Shown here: positions 38,917-51,405 of the stretch, piece by piece
How the letters are laid out: every line of letters starts with the position of its first letter
Numbering within the stretch: position 1 is the first letter of the stretch
NCBI GenBank assembly: GCA_965235115.1
Contig: OZ249447.1
Location: forward strand, 1,488,001 to 1,552,000
Length of the DNA stretch: 64,000 bases
Source: Laetmonice hystrix
Taxonomy: Eukaryota
Direction: 5' to 3'
Position numbers and translations under genes: made by a program
Notes under the pieces: model-generated
Seen by the model: only the letters and a program-made list of their open reading frames with translations
Databases searched by the model: none
Told to the model about the DNA's origin: nothing

Positions 38917-39128
38917 TCTGTCCGAGTTTCGTGGGTGTTTCTCTCAATGTCCGAGTTCTCTCGATGTCTGAGTTTCCAAGTTTCGTGGGTGTTTCTCTCA
39001 ATGTCCGAGTTCTCTCAATGTCCGAGTTTCCTATACTAGTTTCTTGGATGTTTTTTCTCAGTGTCCGAGTTTCCAAGTTTCGTGGATGTTTCTCTCGATG
39101 TCTGAGTTTCCGAGTTTCGTGGGTGTTC
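38917..39128. repeat. Degenerate tandem repeat
   Basis: TGTCCGAGTTTC..GTGGGTGTTTCTCTC recurs. Confidence 0.85.
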
Positions 39129-39655
39129 CTCTCATTACATTACATCCCCAAAGTCTGTGGTGTGTACATACAATGTTGGCCTATGAGACAATGTTTCCAT
39201 GTTCCTATCCTAACAATATCTTGTAGAGACCTCTCCCTCTTGTAGAGACGTGAATGACGATTGACGACGGCAACTCGCTATTACATAAGTGCGTAGATTG
39301 TAGAGAGGTCGCTGAGAATGAGCGCTGGATCAACGCGAGTTTAGAACTTGAGAACGCCAAACGTTAACAATGGCGTTTTAAAAACGAGAATAGGACGGAA
39401 TATCGGGTGTAAACTAGCTGAGCGGGTCACGTGACATGTTGCTACTGGTGACAGTTATTGTGAATTACTGGCTGTACTTTGAGCACGTAAACATCCCTGG
39501 GTAGTATTTACCATTCGACATTCTCCTTTCCATGGTATCTAGGGGTGATAACAGATACGGTGATACACACATCTCTGATAACGAGAAAGGTATCATCTTT
39601 GTATTCTACGTAATAGTCGTATCACCAGGACTTGTTTGTCGTGTGTTGTCTTCAG

Positions 39656-39754
39656 AGTTTGTTCTGTACGTGACGTCCACCGACTCTCTCCTGTGTGACC
39701 TGCGTGGTGACCTGCGCAGTTTGAATGACATCATGAGGATGGACACTAACGACT
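39656..39754 (+). CDS. Candidate 99-nt phase-1/1 exon (FVLYVTSTDSLLCDLRGDLRSLNDIMRMDTND)
   Basis: Acceptor GTGTGTTGTCTTCAG, donor T|GTTAGT; no homology recognised. Confidence 0.25.
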
Positions 39755-40596
39755 GTTAGTCTGTTACACTTCATTATCTCATGAAAAGGCTACAGATAAG
39801 TAGGCCAGGATAATGTGTTTACAAACCCAGGATATGTAACGTGTTGATGACTGGAGTTAGAACATTCGCAGTGATCCACTGAACTCGGCCTGATTGTAAC
39901 TGATTTGATTTCTGGTTTACACCGTAGTTTCTCTACGTGCACCCTCGGAATGACCTTTTAGCACTAAGAAACAGCTTAGTCTGCTATGCGTGATCTTTTA
40001 TAGGGTCTTTTTAAAGTACAATAAAGTCAGATTATCTGGCTAGGGCGGGGTTCGTTAACCCATTCCTTAAAAACATAACCCGAATGGTCCTGGGTAAATA
40101 TGATCGATAAAAAAATATTAAAAAAAACTTGTTCCCTTGTTCTAAACCTTAACCCACCTGAACTAGTAATATACTAATAATTCCAATCTCAATCCTGACA
40201 TATAGGCCCCCTACATATAAGATTCTAGTCTGAGCCGGTTGAGATGGGAATTCCGATCTAAGCCGGTTGGATTCGCAATCCATCCAGATTCTACTCAACC
40301 ATGACATACAGAAGGACGACATAGTGACAACTTAAAAGTCACCGGTGATGGCGTTATCATTAACATTTAATCATTAACCAGAAGTTGGCATTAATTAAGG
40401 TGATATGGCGGGCAGAGTTTATCAAATATCAGTTTCAATAACCTTTCTGGTATGTCGTATTGAAGATATTTGCTACATCTCGTTGTAGGCCTACATTGTC
40501 AAATATTAGATTTCACTTTCATATTATTCAAATGTGCCTCAAAATGAAGCCACGATCGTGAGTGAATGTATAACTTTAACCTTCATCCTCTGACAG

Positions 40597-40755
40597 TCCA
40601 CCTTCACGTTCTCGGACACTGGAGACCGTCCGACCAAACGGGTTAATATTATGGTGACGGTCTCGAGACAGGGAAGCATTTCCTGTAGGTCACCGACCAC
40701 CGGAAACCGATATAAGTCAGAGGTCAGATTACGTGTTGAACTCTCCCCTTACTGG
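40597..40755 (+). CDS. Candidate 159-nt exon (STFTFSDTGD..SCRSPTTGNRYKSEVRLRVELSPYW); an internal acceptor at 40690 gives an alternative frame
   Basis: Branch-like TTAAC plus CTTCATCCTCTGACAG acceptor, donor TGG|GTGAGC; the end faintly resembles an Ig-domain boundary (weak inference). Confidence 0.3.
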
Positions 40756-40939
40756 GTGAGCCATCCAGCGTCCGTATGTCCTACTTCAAGGGCACACCTA
40801 ACACCTGGTATCACTCAATGTCAAAGTTTACGGAGTTACCTAGAAATGTTTCATCAGATAACACACCGTAGAACGATGAGGGGGTCCAGGGGGGAAGCTT
40901 ACCTACGTGGTCCCCTAACGTCCATTGGGGAAACTATTG

Positions 40940-41395
40940 GTGACTTTAGGGGGACTCACTGGCTTCACCCCTGAGGTGTGCGGTTCTCACTGGGCTGTGC
41001 TAGCTCCATGTCCCCCGGCGTGGTGGTGACTTTAGGGGGACTCACTGGTTTCGCCCCTGAGGTGTGCGGCTTCTCACTGGGCTGTGCTAGCTCCATGTCC
41101 CCCGGCGTGGTGGTGACTTTAGGGGGACTCACTGGTTTCACCCCTGAGGTGTGCGGCTTCTCACTGGGCTGTGCTAGCTCCATGTCTCCCGGCGTGGTGG
41201 TGACTTTAGGGGGACTCACTGGTTTCGCCCCTGTGGTGTGCGGTTCTCACTGGGCTGTGCTAGCTCCATGTCCCCCGGCCTAGTGGTGACTTTAGGGGGA
41301 CTCACTGGTTTCGCCCCTGAGGTGTGCGGCTTCCCACTGGGCTGTGCTAGCCCCATGTCCCCCGGCGTGGTGGTGACTTTAGGGGAACTCACTGG
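40940..41395. repeat. 87-bp minisatellite, ~5 copies
   Basis: GGTGACTTTAGGGGGACTCACTGGTTTCGCCCCTGAGGTGTGCGG..CATGTCCCCCGGCGTGGT. Confidence 0.95.
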
Positions 41396-41463
41396 CTTGG
41401 TGGGGTGTAGGTAGTGAGGTTGGTGAATTATACATACCAGGGCCCTGGTCATCACAGGATCTA

Positions 41464-42728
41464 TCCACAGTCCGGTCCAATCATCACGGGACCCATCCAC
41501 AGTCCGGTCCAATCATCATGGGACCCGTCCACAGTCCGGTCCAATCATCACAGGACCCATCCACAGTCCGGTCCAATCATCACGGGACCCATCCACAGTC
41601 CGGTCCAATCATCACGGGACCCATCCACAGTCCGGTCCAATCATCACGGGACCCATCCACAGTCCGGTCCAATCGTCACGGGACCCATCCACAGTCCGGT
41701 CCAATCATCACGGGACCCATCCACAGTCCGGTCCAATCATCACAGGACCCACCCACAGTCCGGTCCAATCATCACGGGACCCACCCACAGTCCGGCCCAA
41801 TCATCACGGGACCCATCCACAGTCCGGTCCAATCATCACGGGACCCATCCACAGTCCGGCCCAATCATCACGGGACCCATCCACAGTCCGGTCCAATCAT
41901 CACGGGACCCATCCACAGTCCGGTCCAATCATCACGGGACCCATCCACAGTCCGGCCCAATCATCACGGGACCCATCCACAGTCCGGTCCAATCATCACG
42001 GGACCCATCCACAGTCCGGTCCAATCATCACGGGGCCCATCCACAGTCCGGTCCAATCATCACGGGACCCACCCACAGTCCGGTCCAGTCATCACGGGGC
42101 CCATCCACCGTCCGGTCCAATCATCACGGGGCCCATCCACAGTTCAGTCCAATCATCACGGGGGCCATCCACAGTCCGGTCCAATCATCACGGGACCCAT
42201 CCACAGTCCAGTCCAATCATCACGGGACCCATCCACAGTCCGGTCCAATCATCACGGGACCCATCCACAGTCCGGTCCAATCATCACAGGACCCATCCAC
42301 AGTCCGGTCCAATCATCACGGGACCCATCCACAGTCCGGTCCAATCATCACAGGACCCATCCACAGTCCGGTCCAATCATCACGGGACCCATCCACAGTC
42401 TGGTCCAATCATCACGGGGCCCATCCACAGTCCGGTCCAATCATCACGGGGCCCATCCACAGTCCGGTCTAATCATCACGGGACCCATCCACAGTCCGGT
42501 CCAATCATCACGGGACCCATCCACAGTCTGGTCCAATCATCACGGGGCCCATCCACAGTCCGGTCCAATCATCACGGGGCCCATCCACAGTCCGGTCCAA
42601 TCATCACGGGGGCCATCCACAGTCCGGTCCAATCATCACGGGACCCATCCACAGTCCAGTCCAATCATCACAGGACCCATCCACAGTCCGGTCCAATCAT
42701 CACGGGGCCCATCCACAGTCCGGTCCAA
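41464..42728. repeat. 33-bp minisatellite, ~38 copies
   Basis: TCCACAGTCCGGTCCAATCATCACGGGACCCA-type unit. Confidence 0.97.
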
Positions 42729-42839
42729 TTTCCCGATCTCCTCCGGGGCGGCTCACATAACTGGGTCACGTTCGGTGAATGTCGATCACCGCTGGGGGCA
42801 GGATGACGAACTATAACGTCCTCCATCGAGGGGCCTGGC

Positions 42840-43320
42840 ACTCACTGCGGGCGAGGCTCACCTTGTGTGAATGGGGAACGATGGGGCTCATATTCACTGC
42901 GGGCGAGGAGGGGCTCACCTTGTGTGATTGGGGGACGACGGGGCTCATAGTCACTGCGGACGAGGCGGGGCTCACCCTCTGTGAATGGGGGCGATAGAGG
43001 CTCATACTCACTGCGGACGAGGAGGGGCTCACCTTGTGTGAATTGGGAACGATGGGCTCATATTCACTGCGGGCGAGGCTCACCTTGTGTGAATGGGGGA
43101 CGATCGGGCTTATATTCACTGCAGGCGAGGAGGGGCTCACCTTGTGTGAATGAGGGACGATGGGGCTCATATTCACTGCGGGCGAGGAGGGGCTCACCCT
43201 GTGCGAATGGGGGACGATGGGCTCATACTCACTGCGGGCGAGGCGGGGCTCACCCTGTGTGAATGGGGGAGGATGGGGCTCATATTCACTGCGGGCCAGG
43301 TGGGGCTCACCTTGTGTGGA
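42840..43320. repeat. ~60-bp degenerate minisatellite, ~8 copies
   Basis: TCACTGCGGGCGAGGAGGGGCTCACCTTGTGTGAATGGGG.ACGATGGGGCTCATA. Confidence 0.93.
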
Positions 43321-43352
43321 TGGGAGCAGTGGGGGCTCAGGCGGGTCACATA

Positions 43353-44175
43353 AAACCCGTATCTGTGTGAATTCTTGCTGAGACCCGGTGACACATGTCT
43401 GGTGTTAAAACCCGTATCTGTGTGAATCCTTGCTAAGAGCCGGTGACACGTGTCTGATATTGAAACCCGTATCTGTGTGAATTCTTGCTGAGAGCCGGTG
43501 ACACATGCTTGATATTGAAACCCGTATCTGTGTGAATTCTTGCTGAGAGCTGGGTGACACGTGTCTGATGTTAAAACCCGTATCTGTGTGAATTCTTGCT
43601 GAGAGCTGGGTGACACATGTCTGATGTTAAAACCCGTATCTGTCTGAATTCTTGCTGAGAGCCGGGTGACACGTGTCTGGTGTTAAAACCCGTATCTGTG
43701 TGAATGCTGGGAGCCGGGTGACACGTGTCTGATGTTAAAACCCGTATCTGTGTGAATGCTGGGAGCCGGGTGACACGTGTCTGATGTTAAAACCCGTATC
43801 TGTGTGAATCCTTGCTGAGACCCGGTGACACATGTCTGGTGTTAAAACCCGTAGCTGTGTGAATCCTTGCTGAGAGCTGGGTGACACATGCCTGATGTTA
43901 AAACCCGTAGCTGTGTGAATCCTTGCTGAGAGCCGGGTGACACGTGTCTGGTGTTAAAACCCGTATCTGTGTGAATCCTTGCTGAGAGCCGGTGATACAT
44001 GTCTGGTGTTAAAACCCGTATCTGTGTGAATCCTTGCTGACAGCCGGTGACACGTGTCTGATGTTAAAACCCGTATCTGTGTGAATCCTTGCTGAGAGCC
44101 GGTGACACATGTCTGATGTTAAAACCCGTATCTGTGTGAATCCTTGCTGAGAGCCGGTGACACGTGTCTGATGTT
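43353..44175. repeat. ~55-57-bp minisatellite, ~14 copies
   Basis: AAAACCCGTATCTGTGTGAATCCTTGCTGAGAGCCGGTGACACGTGTCTGATGTT. Confidence 0.96.
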
Positions 44176-44361
44176 GAAGCCAAGCGTCAGTGTCCATCAA
44201 TCCTACTCAACCAATGACCGGATACCTTTACCACACGTGACCCGCCTGCTTGCCGTCAGTGGAAGGCTGACCCAGTTTGGTTTCCTAAGGTGATCCGTCA
44301 ATAACTCGGGTGGCCTGAGACGAACCCTACTTTTTCTATACTACTGGGGCTGCGGACGGGT

Positions 44362-44696
44362 GGGGTCGTACGGTCGGGGTCGTACGGGCGGGGCCGTGCG
44401 GGCGGGGCCGGGCGGGCGGGTCGTACGGGCGGGTCGTACGGGTGGGGTCGTACGGGTGGGGCCGTACGGGTGGGGCCGTACGGGCGGGGTCGTACGGGCA
44501 GGTCGTACGGGCGGGGCCGTACGGGCGGGTCGTACGGGCGGGGTCGTACGGTCGTACGGGCGGGGTCGTACGGTCGTACGGGCGGGTCGTACGGGTGGGG
44601 TCGTACGGGCGGGTCGTACGGGTGGGGTCGTACGGGTGGGGCCGTACGGGTGGGGCCGTACGGGCGGGCCGTACGGGCGGGTCGTACGGGCGGGGT
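44362..44696. repeat. Short GC-rich GTCGTACGGGCGGG-type array
   Basis: Read directly from the sequence; 9-15 bp variants. Confidence 0.95.
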
Positions 44697-44727
44697 CCGG
44701 GGTGAGAGAACGCGCCTTACGATCATA

Positions 44728-45165
44728 AATCTGAGGTTTCATATAATCGCTGAGGTTTTATATAATCGTGTCAGCCGGGACGTATCGCTGAGGTTTTATA
44801 TAATCGTGTCAGCCGGGACATAGGTATCGCTGAGGTTTTATATAATCGTGTCAGCCGGGACATAGGTATCGCTGAGGTTTTATATAATCGTGTCAGCCGG
44901 GACGTATCGCTGAGGTTTCATATAATCGTGTCAGCCGGGACGTATCGCTGAGGTTTTATATAATCGTGTCAGCCGGGACGTATCGCTGAGGTTTTATATA
45001 ATCGTGTCAGCCGGGACGTATCGCTGAGGTTTTATATAATCGTGTCAGCCGGGACATAGGTATCGCTGAGGTTTTATATAATCGTGTCAGCCGGGACGTA
45101 TCGCTGAGGTTTTATTTAATCGTGTCAGCCGGGACGTATCGCTGAGGTTTTATATAATCGTGTCA
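44728..45165. repeat. 38/43-bp minisatellite, ~11 copies
   Basis: GTATCGCTGAGGTTTTATATAATCGTGTCAGCCGGGAC with or without ATAG(G). Confidence 0.95.
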
Positions 45166-45453
45166 CCGCACAAACACGCCGTTCTCTCTGGACGTTTCTG
45201 TCCGCCCGCTCTCTGCCCAGGGCCCAGCGTCTCCCCCAGCGTCTAAGAGACTGGCAGTGGACACTGCTCTCTCAGCCTACCGCCCCCCCCCCCCCCTCCC
45301 CGCCTTATCGCTAAACGCTGCACCTACCAATCGAACCGCACTGACTCCTCACGTAGCTCGCTGACACTAACAGCTCTCCGTGGGCTGAACACTTGATCTT
45401 CTCTCAGCGCGGAGGTAACCCCCGCTAGGGTCACACGTTGACCTTTACCATCA

Positions 45454-45471
45454 CAGCGCCCTCTAGTGGCC
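45454..45471 (-). promoter_or_regulatory. CTCF-consensus motif
   Basis: Minus strand GGCCACTAGAGGGCGCTG matches the core CCASYAGRKGGCRS exactly. Confidence 0.5.
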
Positions 45472-45540
45472 TTAAACAACGTGAACGCGGGCGCGTGAAA
45501 CATCAGGAAAATGAATAGTAGAACAGTGTGTGAAACATGT

Positions 45541-45920
45541 CAACTTTAACTATCTAACGACTTGTATTCCCTTGCGGAATGTCCTAAATCTTTGTCAACT
45601 TTAACTATCTAACGACTTGTATTCCCTTGCGGAATGTCCTAAATCTTTGTCAACTTTAACTATCTAACGACTTGTATTCCCTTGCGGAATGTCCTAAATC
45701 TTTGTCAACTTTAACTATCTAACGACTTGTATTCCCTTGCGGAATGTCCTAAATCTATGTCTACCATAACTATCTAACGACTTGTATTCCCTTGCGGAAT
45801 GTCCTAAATCTTTGTCAACTTTAACTATCTAACGACTTGTATTCCCTTGCGGAATGTCCTAAATCTATGTCAACCATAACTATCTAACGACTTGTATTCC
45901 CTTGCGGAATGTCCTAAATC
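45541..45920. repeat. 55-bp minisatellite, ~7 copies
   Basis: AACTATCTAACGACTTGTATTCCCTTGCGGAATGTCCTAAATCTTTGTCAACTTT. Confidence 0.96.
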
Positions 45921-46448
45921 TGACTGCGTTCATTCAGTATTCCAAAGTGTGCAGACTTCTCATGATCTGTTTGGATCCGCGGGTCCTAGTAACTCTGCAG
46001 ACATCTCTTTCCACGGCCTCAAGTCTGAACAAACGTCATCACTAAGGGATCGACCCAACTGGAGGCCTTCAAAAATTGGACACTCTAAGTCTTCATCTGA
46101 CAGGTTTTCATATACCATCAAAGTTAGAAACTCCCCACGCAAGTTGTTGTTATATTCACCAGCCTCTGTAACATTCGTTGTTGTAAAGACGACTGTTCGA
46201 GGTTAATGATTGATGAGCTACTTCAGTAAACAATCTTTGCAGTGTTGCAATATATCATCTTGGCTGGCTCTCACATCTAAAGGTCGGGAAAGGTTCTCTA
46301 ATCATGTGATGGGGGTCGTACATTAGAGAGAGAGCATGACAAAACAAGGCCTCGTTTATCACTGTCATAACGTCCAGCTGTGTGGTGTTTGGTAAACTGA
46401 CTTGAAAGACATCCAGTGACGACTGTTTGACCTTGGCCCTGGCCGTAG

Positions 46449-46608
46449 GTATTCACACCAAGCTGTTGTCATGTCAACGGTGGCAATCGTTATGTCGACA
46501 TGAACCACAACACGGTATGCATGCCGCCGCCGCGCATAGACCCGCCGGATATCCGTCAAACGGTCACGGCGCATGTCTGTGGCGGCCGGCAAGCTGACAT
46601 CCGGCCTG
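46449..46608 (+). CDS. Candidate 160-nt exon (VFTPSCCHVNGGNRYVDMNHNTVCMPPPRIDPPDIRQTVTAHVCGGRQADIRP)
   Basis: CCGTAG acceptor, CTG|GTTAGT donor, open frame; a minus-strand frame is also open, so the call is ambiguous. Confidence 0.2.
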
Positions 46609-47786
46609 GTTAGTATGACCTTGAGTCATTACTCACACAGACATGGTCTGACTTCCAGTCATAACTCACACAGACATGTGGTCAGTCGTCCGTCGGTCAC
46701 CTGCACCTGTGATTGACGTCCAGGTCACTCGAGCCTGGCGGCTTCTCCTCGACCCTGGAGAAAACTGTGATCTATACGACCTTCTCAGGTCGGCACAGTT
46801 TAACAATGGCCCATGACCTCTGATCATTGTCCACTCGGGGCGTTTGTTTGACCTGGTCGTCCACAGCCCCTGTACACGCTGGCAATGCTCATGAGGAGAG
46901 CAGTGTGCACTGAGCCCCACCTGAATGTTGGCCAGTATGACAGATCCTAACATCACAAATAACTCGGACTTTATAGTACGACAGCCGCAGGGTCGTTGGG
47001 GTCCGTCCACGAGTCGGGGTCTGTTCACTGAAGCCAAGTTTTCATGAACGGCACGTCTATATGTCATACTTTCTGTTCAGCTTCTAAACCAACTTTATCA
47101 CTCAGAGGAAATGCACACAGGCAGGGATCGAGGGTTAATTAGTATCTCACATCAATCTAAATGAAACGAATAATTCTTCATACAAATTCTATCATAGTAA
47201 CTTTCAATGTCTTTCCTGAAATAAAGAAATTAAGATCAAATGCGAGGAAAATATGGGATGCAGAATTAACTAAATGAAGTAAATTATACGGAGATGAGTG
47301 AGAACTTAAAATTAAGTCAAGTGTTTTGGGAGATCTAGAGATCGTATGACGTTTTGTGGGAGTCACGTTTGCTTTTAGCTGGGATTAGAATGGGCCAGAC
47401 TGACTGAGTGACCATTGTCGGTCAGTGTGGAGGTGGGGGAGGGATGCACAGTGTCGAGATCACTGATTATCTCCATTAGTTTCGATTACAAGGTCATCCA
47501 AGGTCAAGGTGCCACACGTCACGCCAGCCAGAATAACGAGCATTACTTACATTACATGTCCTTTTACACAAACCATTTGTCTGGCGGTTCTGTTGTTATA
47601 GCCGAGGGCCACAGGACGAGCAGGTATTGTTAGTGGCAGGTATTGTCCCTGGGTCATGGACATACCATATCGTTACTTTGGTGTCCTAATGGGGAGGGGG
47701 GGGGGGCGCTCACATGTACTCAGAGATCGGTATCCAGGTGTGCAGTTTTCTACCCGTTTGTTGTTTGTTTGGGTTTTTCTTGTGAA

Positions 47787-48011
47787 CCGTCTCAAGTGCT
47801 GAACCCACCAAGGCGATTCCCCTTGCGACGCCCATGCGGTTTTGACATCACACTTTTATTTTACTGTAATTTTGAGATTAAAGGATTGAACCCATTTCCT
47901 GAAACGGAGAAGGCCAGCCAGGAAAAATTTCAGAGTGAAATTCCACCATTAAATCAAAAACCGCATGGCCGTCGCAAGGGGAACCGCCTTAGTGGGTTCA
48001 GCACTTCACGG
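47787..48011. mobile_element. MITE / foldback element with ~55-bp imperfect terminal inverted repeats
   Basis: AAGTGCTGAACCCACCAAGGCGATTCCCCTTGCGACGCCCATGCGGTTTTGA (47794-47845) pairs with TCAAAAACCGCATGGCCGTCGCAAGGGGAACCGCCTTAGTGGGTTCAGCACTT (47954-48006); no clear TSD. Confidence 0.8.
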
Positions 48012-48667
48012 TATGGTTTCCTGTATACAATCTGTGGTCATTATTACGTCACGTATACGGTAATTATTACGTCACGTATACGGACAGCTTTCATACGGCA
48101 TCAAAACTCGGAAAACAACGAAAAATACACAACCACATTGGAATTAATCAAGAATTCCTATTAGGTCGGTCATTAGAAATGCCAGAAATGTCGCTCGGTA
48201 CAGATTTTGATGAGATGCCGAGGTCATGTTATGACGTGTAGGAGGCCTGGACTTGGCCCGTGGGCGACAGACAGACTGATGGACAGGCATGTTGGTATGG
48301 ACAATGGATGCCAGAGGTGTTGATTGAACTGATTCTAATTAAAACATTCACCAATTAGAGTCGTTTAGATAGAGTTCAAGGATTCAAACAACATTCATTG
48401 TCCACCATAAACCGACAGGTCGACCTAGTCATTAAATCTGGGTTCTCACACATCGGGTGGTGTACTCAAAATTTAAATGTCTAATTAACACACATGGTGT
48501 GAGATAAGTACATCATACAACCACGGATTGAAACCATCTAACAAGGTTGAAATAATCCGCACATCCTCTAGACGTCAGGCCATAGGATACAATGATATAC
48601 TTTGTAAATGATTAACGTGCTACACTAAACGAATTGTCCTACGCGAGCACGGAGTGTATGACTGGAG

Positions 48668-49897
48668 TAAAACATCACTGGACTCACACAGCAAACCGAA
48701 TACATGTATACAGTAGGACTGAACCCCCCCCCCCCACCTCATTGACCTTGAGAGATCGGTGACCTTCAAACGTCACTGGACTCACACAGCAAACCCAATA
48801 CATGTATACAGTACATCAGGACTAAACCCCCCCCCCCACCTCATTGACCTTGAGAGATCAGTGACCTTCAAACATCACTGGACTCACACAGCAAACCGAA
48901 TACATGTATACAGTACATCAGGACTGAACCCCCCCCCCCCCACCTCATTGACCTTGAGAGATCAGTGACCTTCAAACATCACTGGACTCACACAGCAACC
49001 CGAATACATGTATACAGTACATCTGGACTGAAACCTGCCCGCCTCATTGACCTTGAGAGATCAGTGACCTTCAAACATCACTGGACTCACACAGCAAACC
49101 GAATACATGTATACAGTAGGCCTACATCTGGACTGAAACCTGCCCACCTCATTGACCTTGAGAGATCGGTGACCTAAACCTGCCCACCTCATTGACCTTG
49201 AGAGATCGGTGACCTAAATCTGCCCACCTCATTGACCTTGAGAGATCGGTGACCTTCAAACATCACTGGACTCACACAGCAAACCGAATACATGTATACA
49301 GTAGGCCTACATCGGGACTGAAACCTGCCCACCTCATTGACCTTGAGAGATCAGTGACCTTCAAACATAAATGGACTCACACAGCAAACCGAATACATGT
49401 ATACAGTAGGCCTACATCAGGACTGAACCCCCCCCCACCTCATTGACCTTGAGAGATCAGTGACCTTCAAACATCACTGGACTCACACAGCAAACCGAAT
49501 ACATGTATACAGTAGGCCTACATCTGGACTGAAACCTGCCCACCTCATTGACCTTGAGAGATCGGTGACCTAAACCTGCCCACCTCATTGACCTTGAGAG
49601 ATCGGTGACCTAAACCTGCCCACCTCATTGACCTTGAGAGATCGGTGACCTTCAAACATCACTGGACTCACACAGCAAACCGAATACATGTATACCATCT
49701 GGACTGAAACCTGCCCACCTCATTGACCTTGAGAGATCAGTGACCTTCAAACATCACTGGACTCACACAGCAAACCGAATACATGTATACAATACATCAG
49801 GACTGAAACACACGTGGACATGACGAGGTCAGGGTTATTCTTGTCCATTCTGTACCTCCCCACCTCATTGACCTTGAGAGATCAGTGACCTTCAAAC
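48668..49897. repeat. Composite minisatellite (~100-110-bp unit with an independently amplified ~33-bp subunit)
   Basis: CATCACTGGACTCACACAGCAAACCGAATACATGTATACAG..CCCACCTCATTGACCTTGAGAGATCAGTGACCTTCAAA. Confidence 0.95.
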
Positions 49898-49989
49898 AGA
49901 TCACTGACCACTGCCACCGGGCTGACCGCTTGACCAGGCTAAGGACAGCTCCACCATGCAGTCAGTCTAATGACACGGTTTGGAGGGAT

Positions 49990-50522
49990 TGTGACCGGTC
50001 TGGAGGCAGTGTGACCGGTCTGTATGAGGCAGCGTGACCGGTCTGGAGGCAGTGTGACCGGTCTGGAGGCAGTGTGACCGGTCTGCATGAGGCAGTGTGA
50101 CCGTTCTGCATGAGCCAGTGTGACCGGTCTGGAGGCAGTGTGACCGGTCTGCATGAGGCAGTGTGACCGGTCTGGAGGCAGTGTGACCGGTCTGGAGGCA
50201 GCGTGACCGGTCTGGAGGCAGTGTGACCGGTCTGCATGAGGCAGTGTGACCGGTCTGGAGGCAGTGTGACCGTTCTGTATGAGGCAGTGTGACCGGTCTG
50301 GAGGCAGTGTGGCCGGTCTGCATGAGGCAGCGTGACCGGTCTGGAGGCAGTGTGACCGTCCTTTATGAGGCAGTGTGACCGGTCTGGAGGCAGTGTGACC
50401 GTTCTTTATGAGGCAGTGTGACCGGTCTGGAGGCAGTGTGACCGTTCTTTATGAGGCAGTGTGACCGGTCTGGAGGCATTTTGACCGTTCTTTATGAGGC
50501 AGTGTGACCGGTCTGGAGGCAG
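49990..50522. repeat. 20/24-bp minisatellite
   Basis: GAGGCAGTGTGACCGGTCTG with or without CAT/TAT inserts. Confidence 0.95.
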
Positions 50523-51405
50523 TCTAGCCGGAAAACTAATAGTCTCCCTTCTTCAAGAAAGCAGTTTTATTTTTTATTAAACTTTTATTTCAAAAATAAA
50601 ATGTAAAACCGAACAAATAGGAGTAGATGCCGCTAGCAGAATCATTATAAACACTAACGGCCACATATTGTGACCACTTATCATTGTGACCACTCATTGT
50701 GACCACTTACTGTGACCAGTTATTGTGACCACTTATTAATGAGTGCTCCTGTGTTTTTTCACCACACTCAGTGACATTTAATAACGCGACGCCGATAAGT
50801 AACCCCTAAAGGGTGTGGCCGTTACCCCCAAAGGGTGTGTCCGTTGTATGTGGGATGTGCCGGGTCCACACTGGAAGGGATTGGATCATCAGACTCTCAC
50901 GTCCAATCACCACCAGCGACCTTTGGGTGGCGGCGTTCCTCCCAGACAGTTTCGTGATAGGTTCCGACCGGTGCATGTACGCATGCGCATGTCGTCTGCC
51001 GGCACGCCGTCTGGCGGTGGTCAGTGGAAACGTGCCCAGCCAGACATCGACTTGACGTCCATGACGGTCGGGTTGGCGCCATGCGGTCCCCTACCCCGCC
51101 CTCCGCCCAGACTACAGGAGGGAGGGCGCCATGCGGTCCCCTACCCCGCCCTCCGCCCAGACTACAGGAGGGAGGGCGCCCTCCTCCAGCGTCTAGACGC
51201 CAGCCCAGACAGCCGAGCGTGTTCCAGGTGGCGAGTGGTACACGCAGACAGATCACACCCCACAGATGCCCGTTTATTACGGGAATATTCTGTTATCGAA
51301 ATTTCACGTATTCCTTTTCACGGCTGCATGCAGGGTCGAAACACGATGTCTTGTTGTTGTTTATCAATTCTACATATTTATTTATTTTTAATTCGGTTCC
51401 GGGGT

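Noticed and set aside
39426-39435. GTCACGTGAC (CLEAR/USF E-box palindrome) as a promoter mark
   Set aside because: A single 10-mer with no supporting TSS evidence
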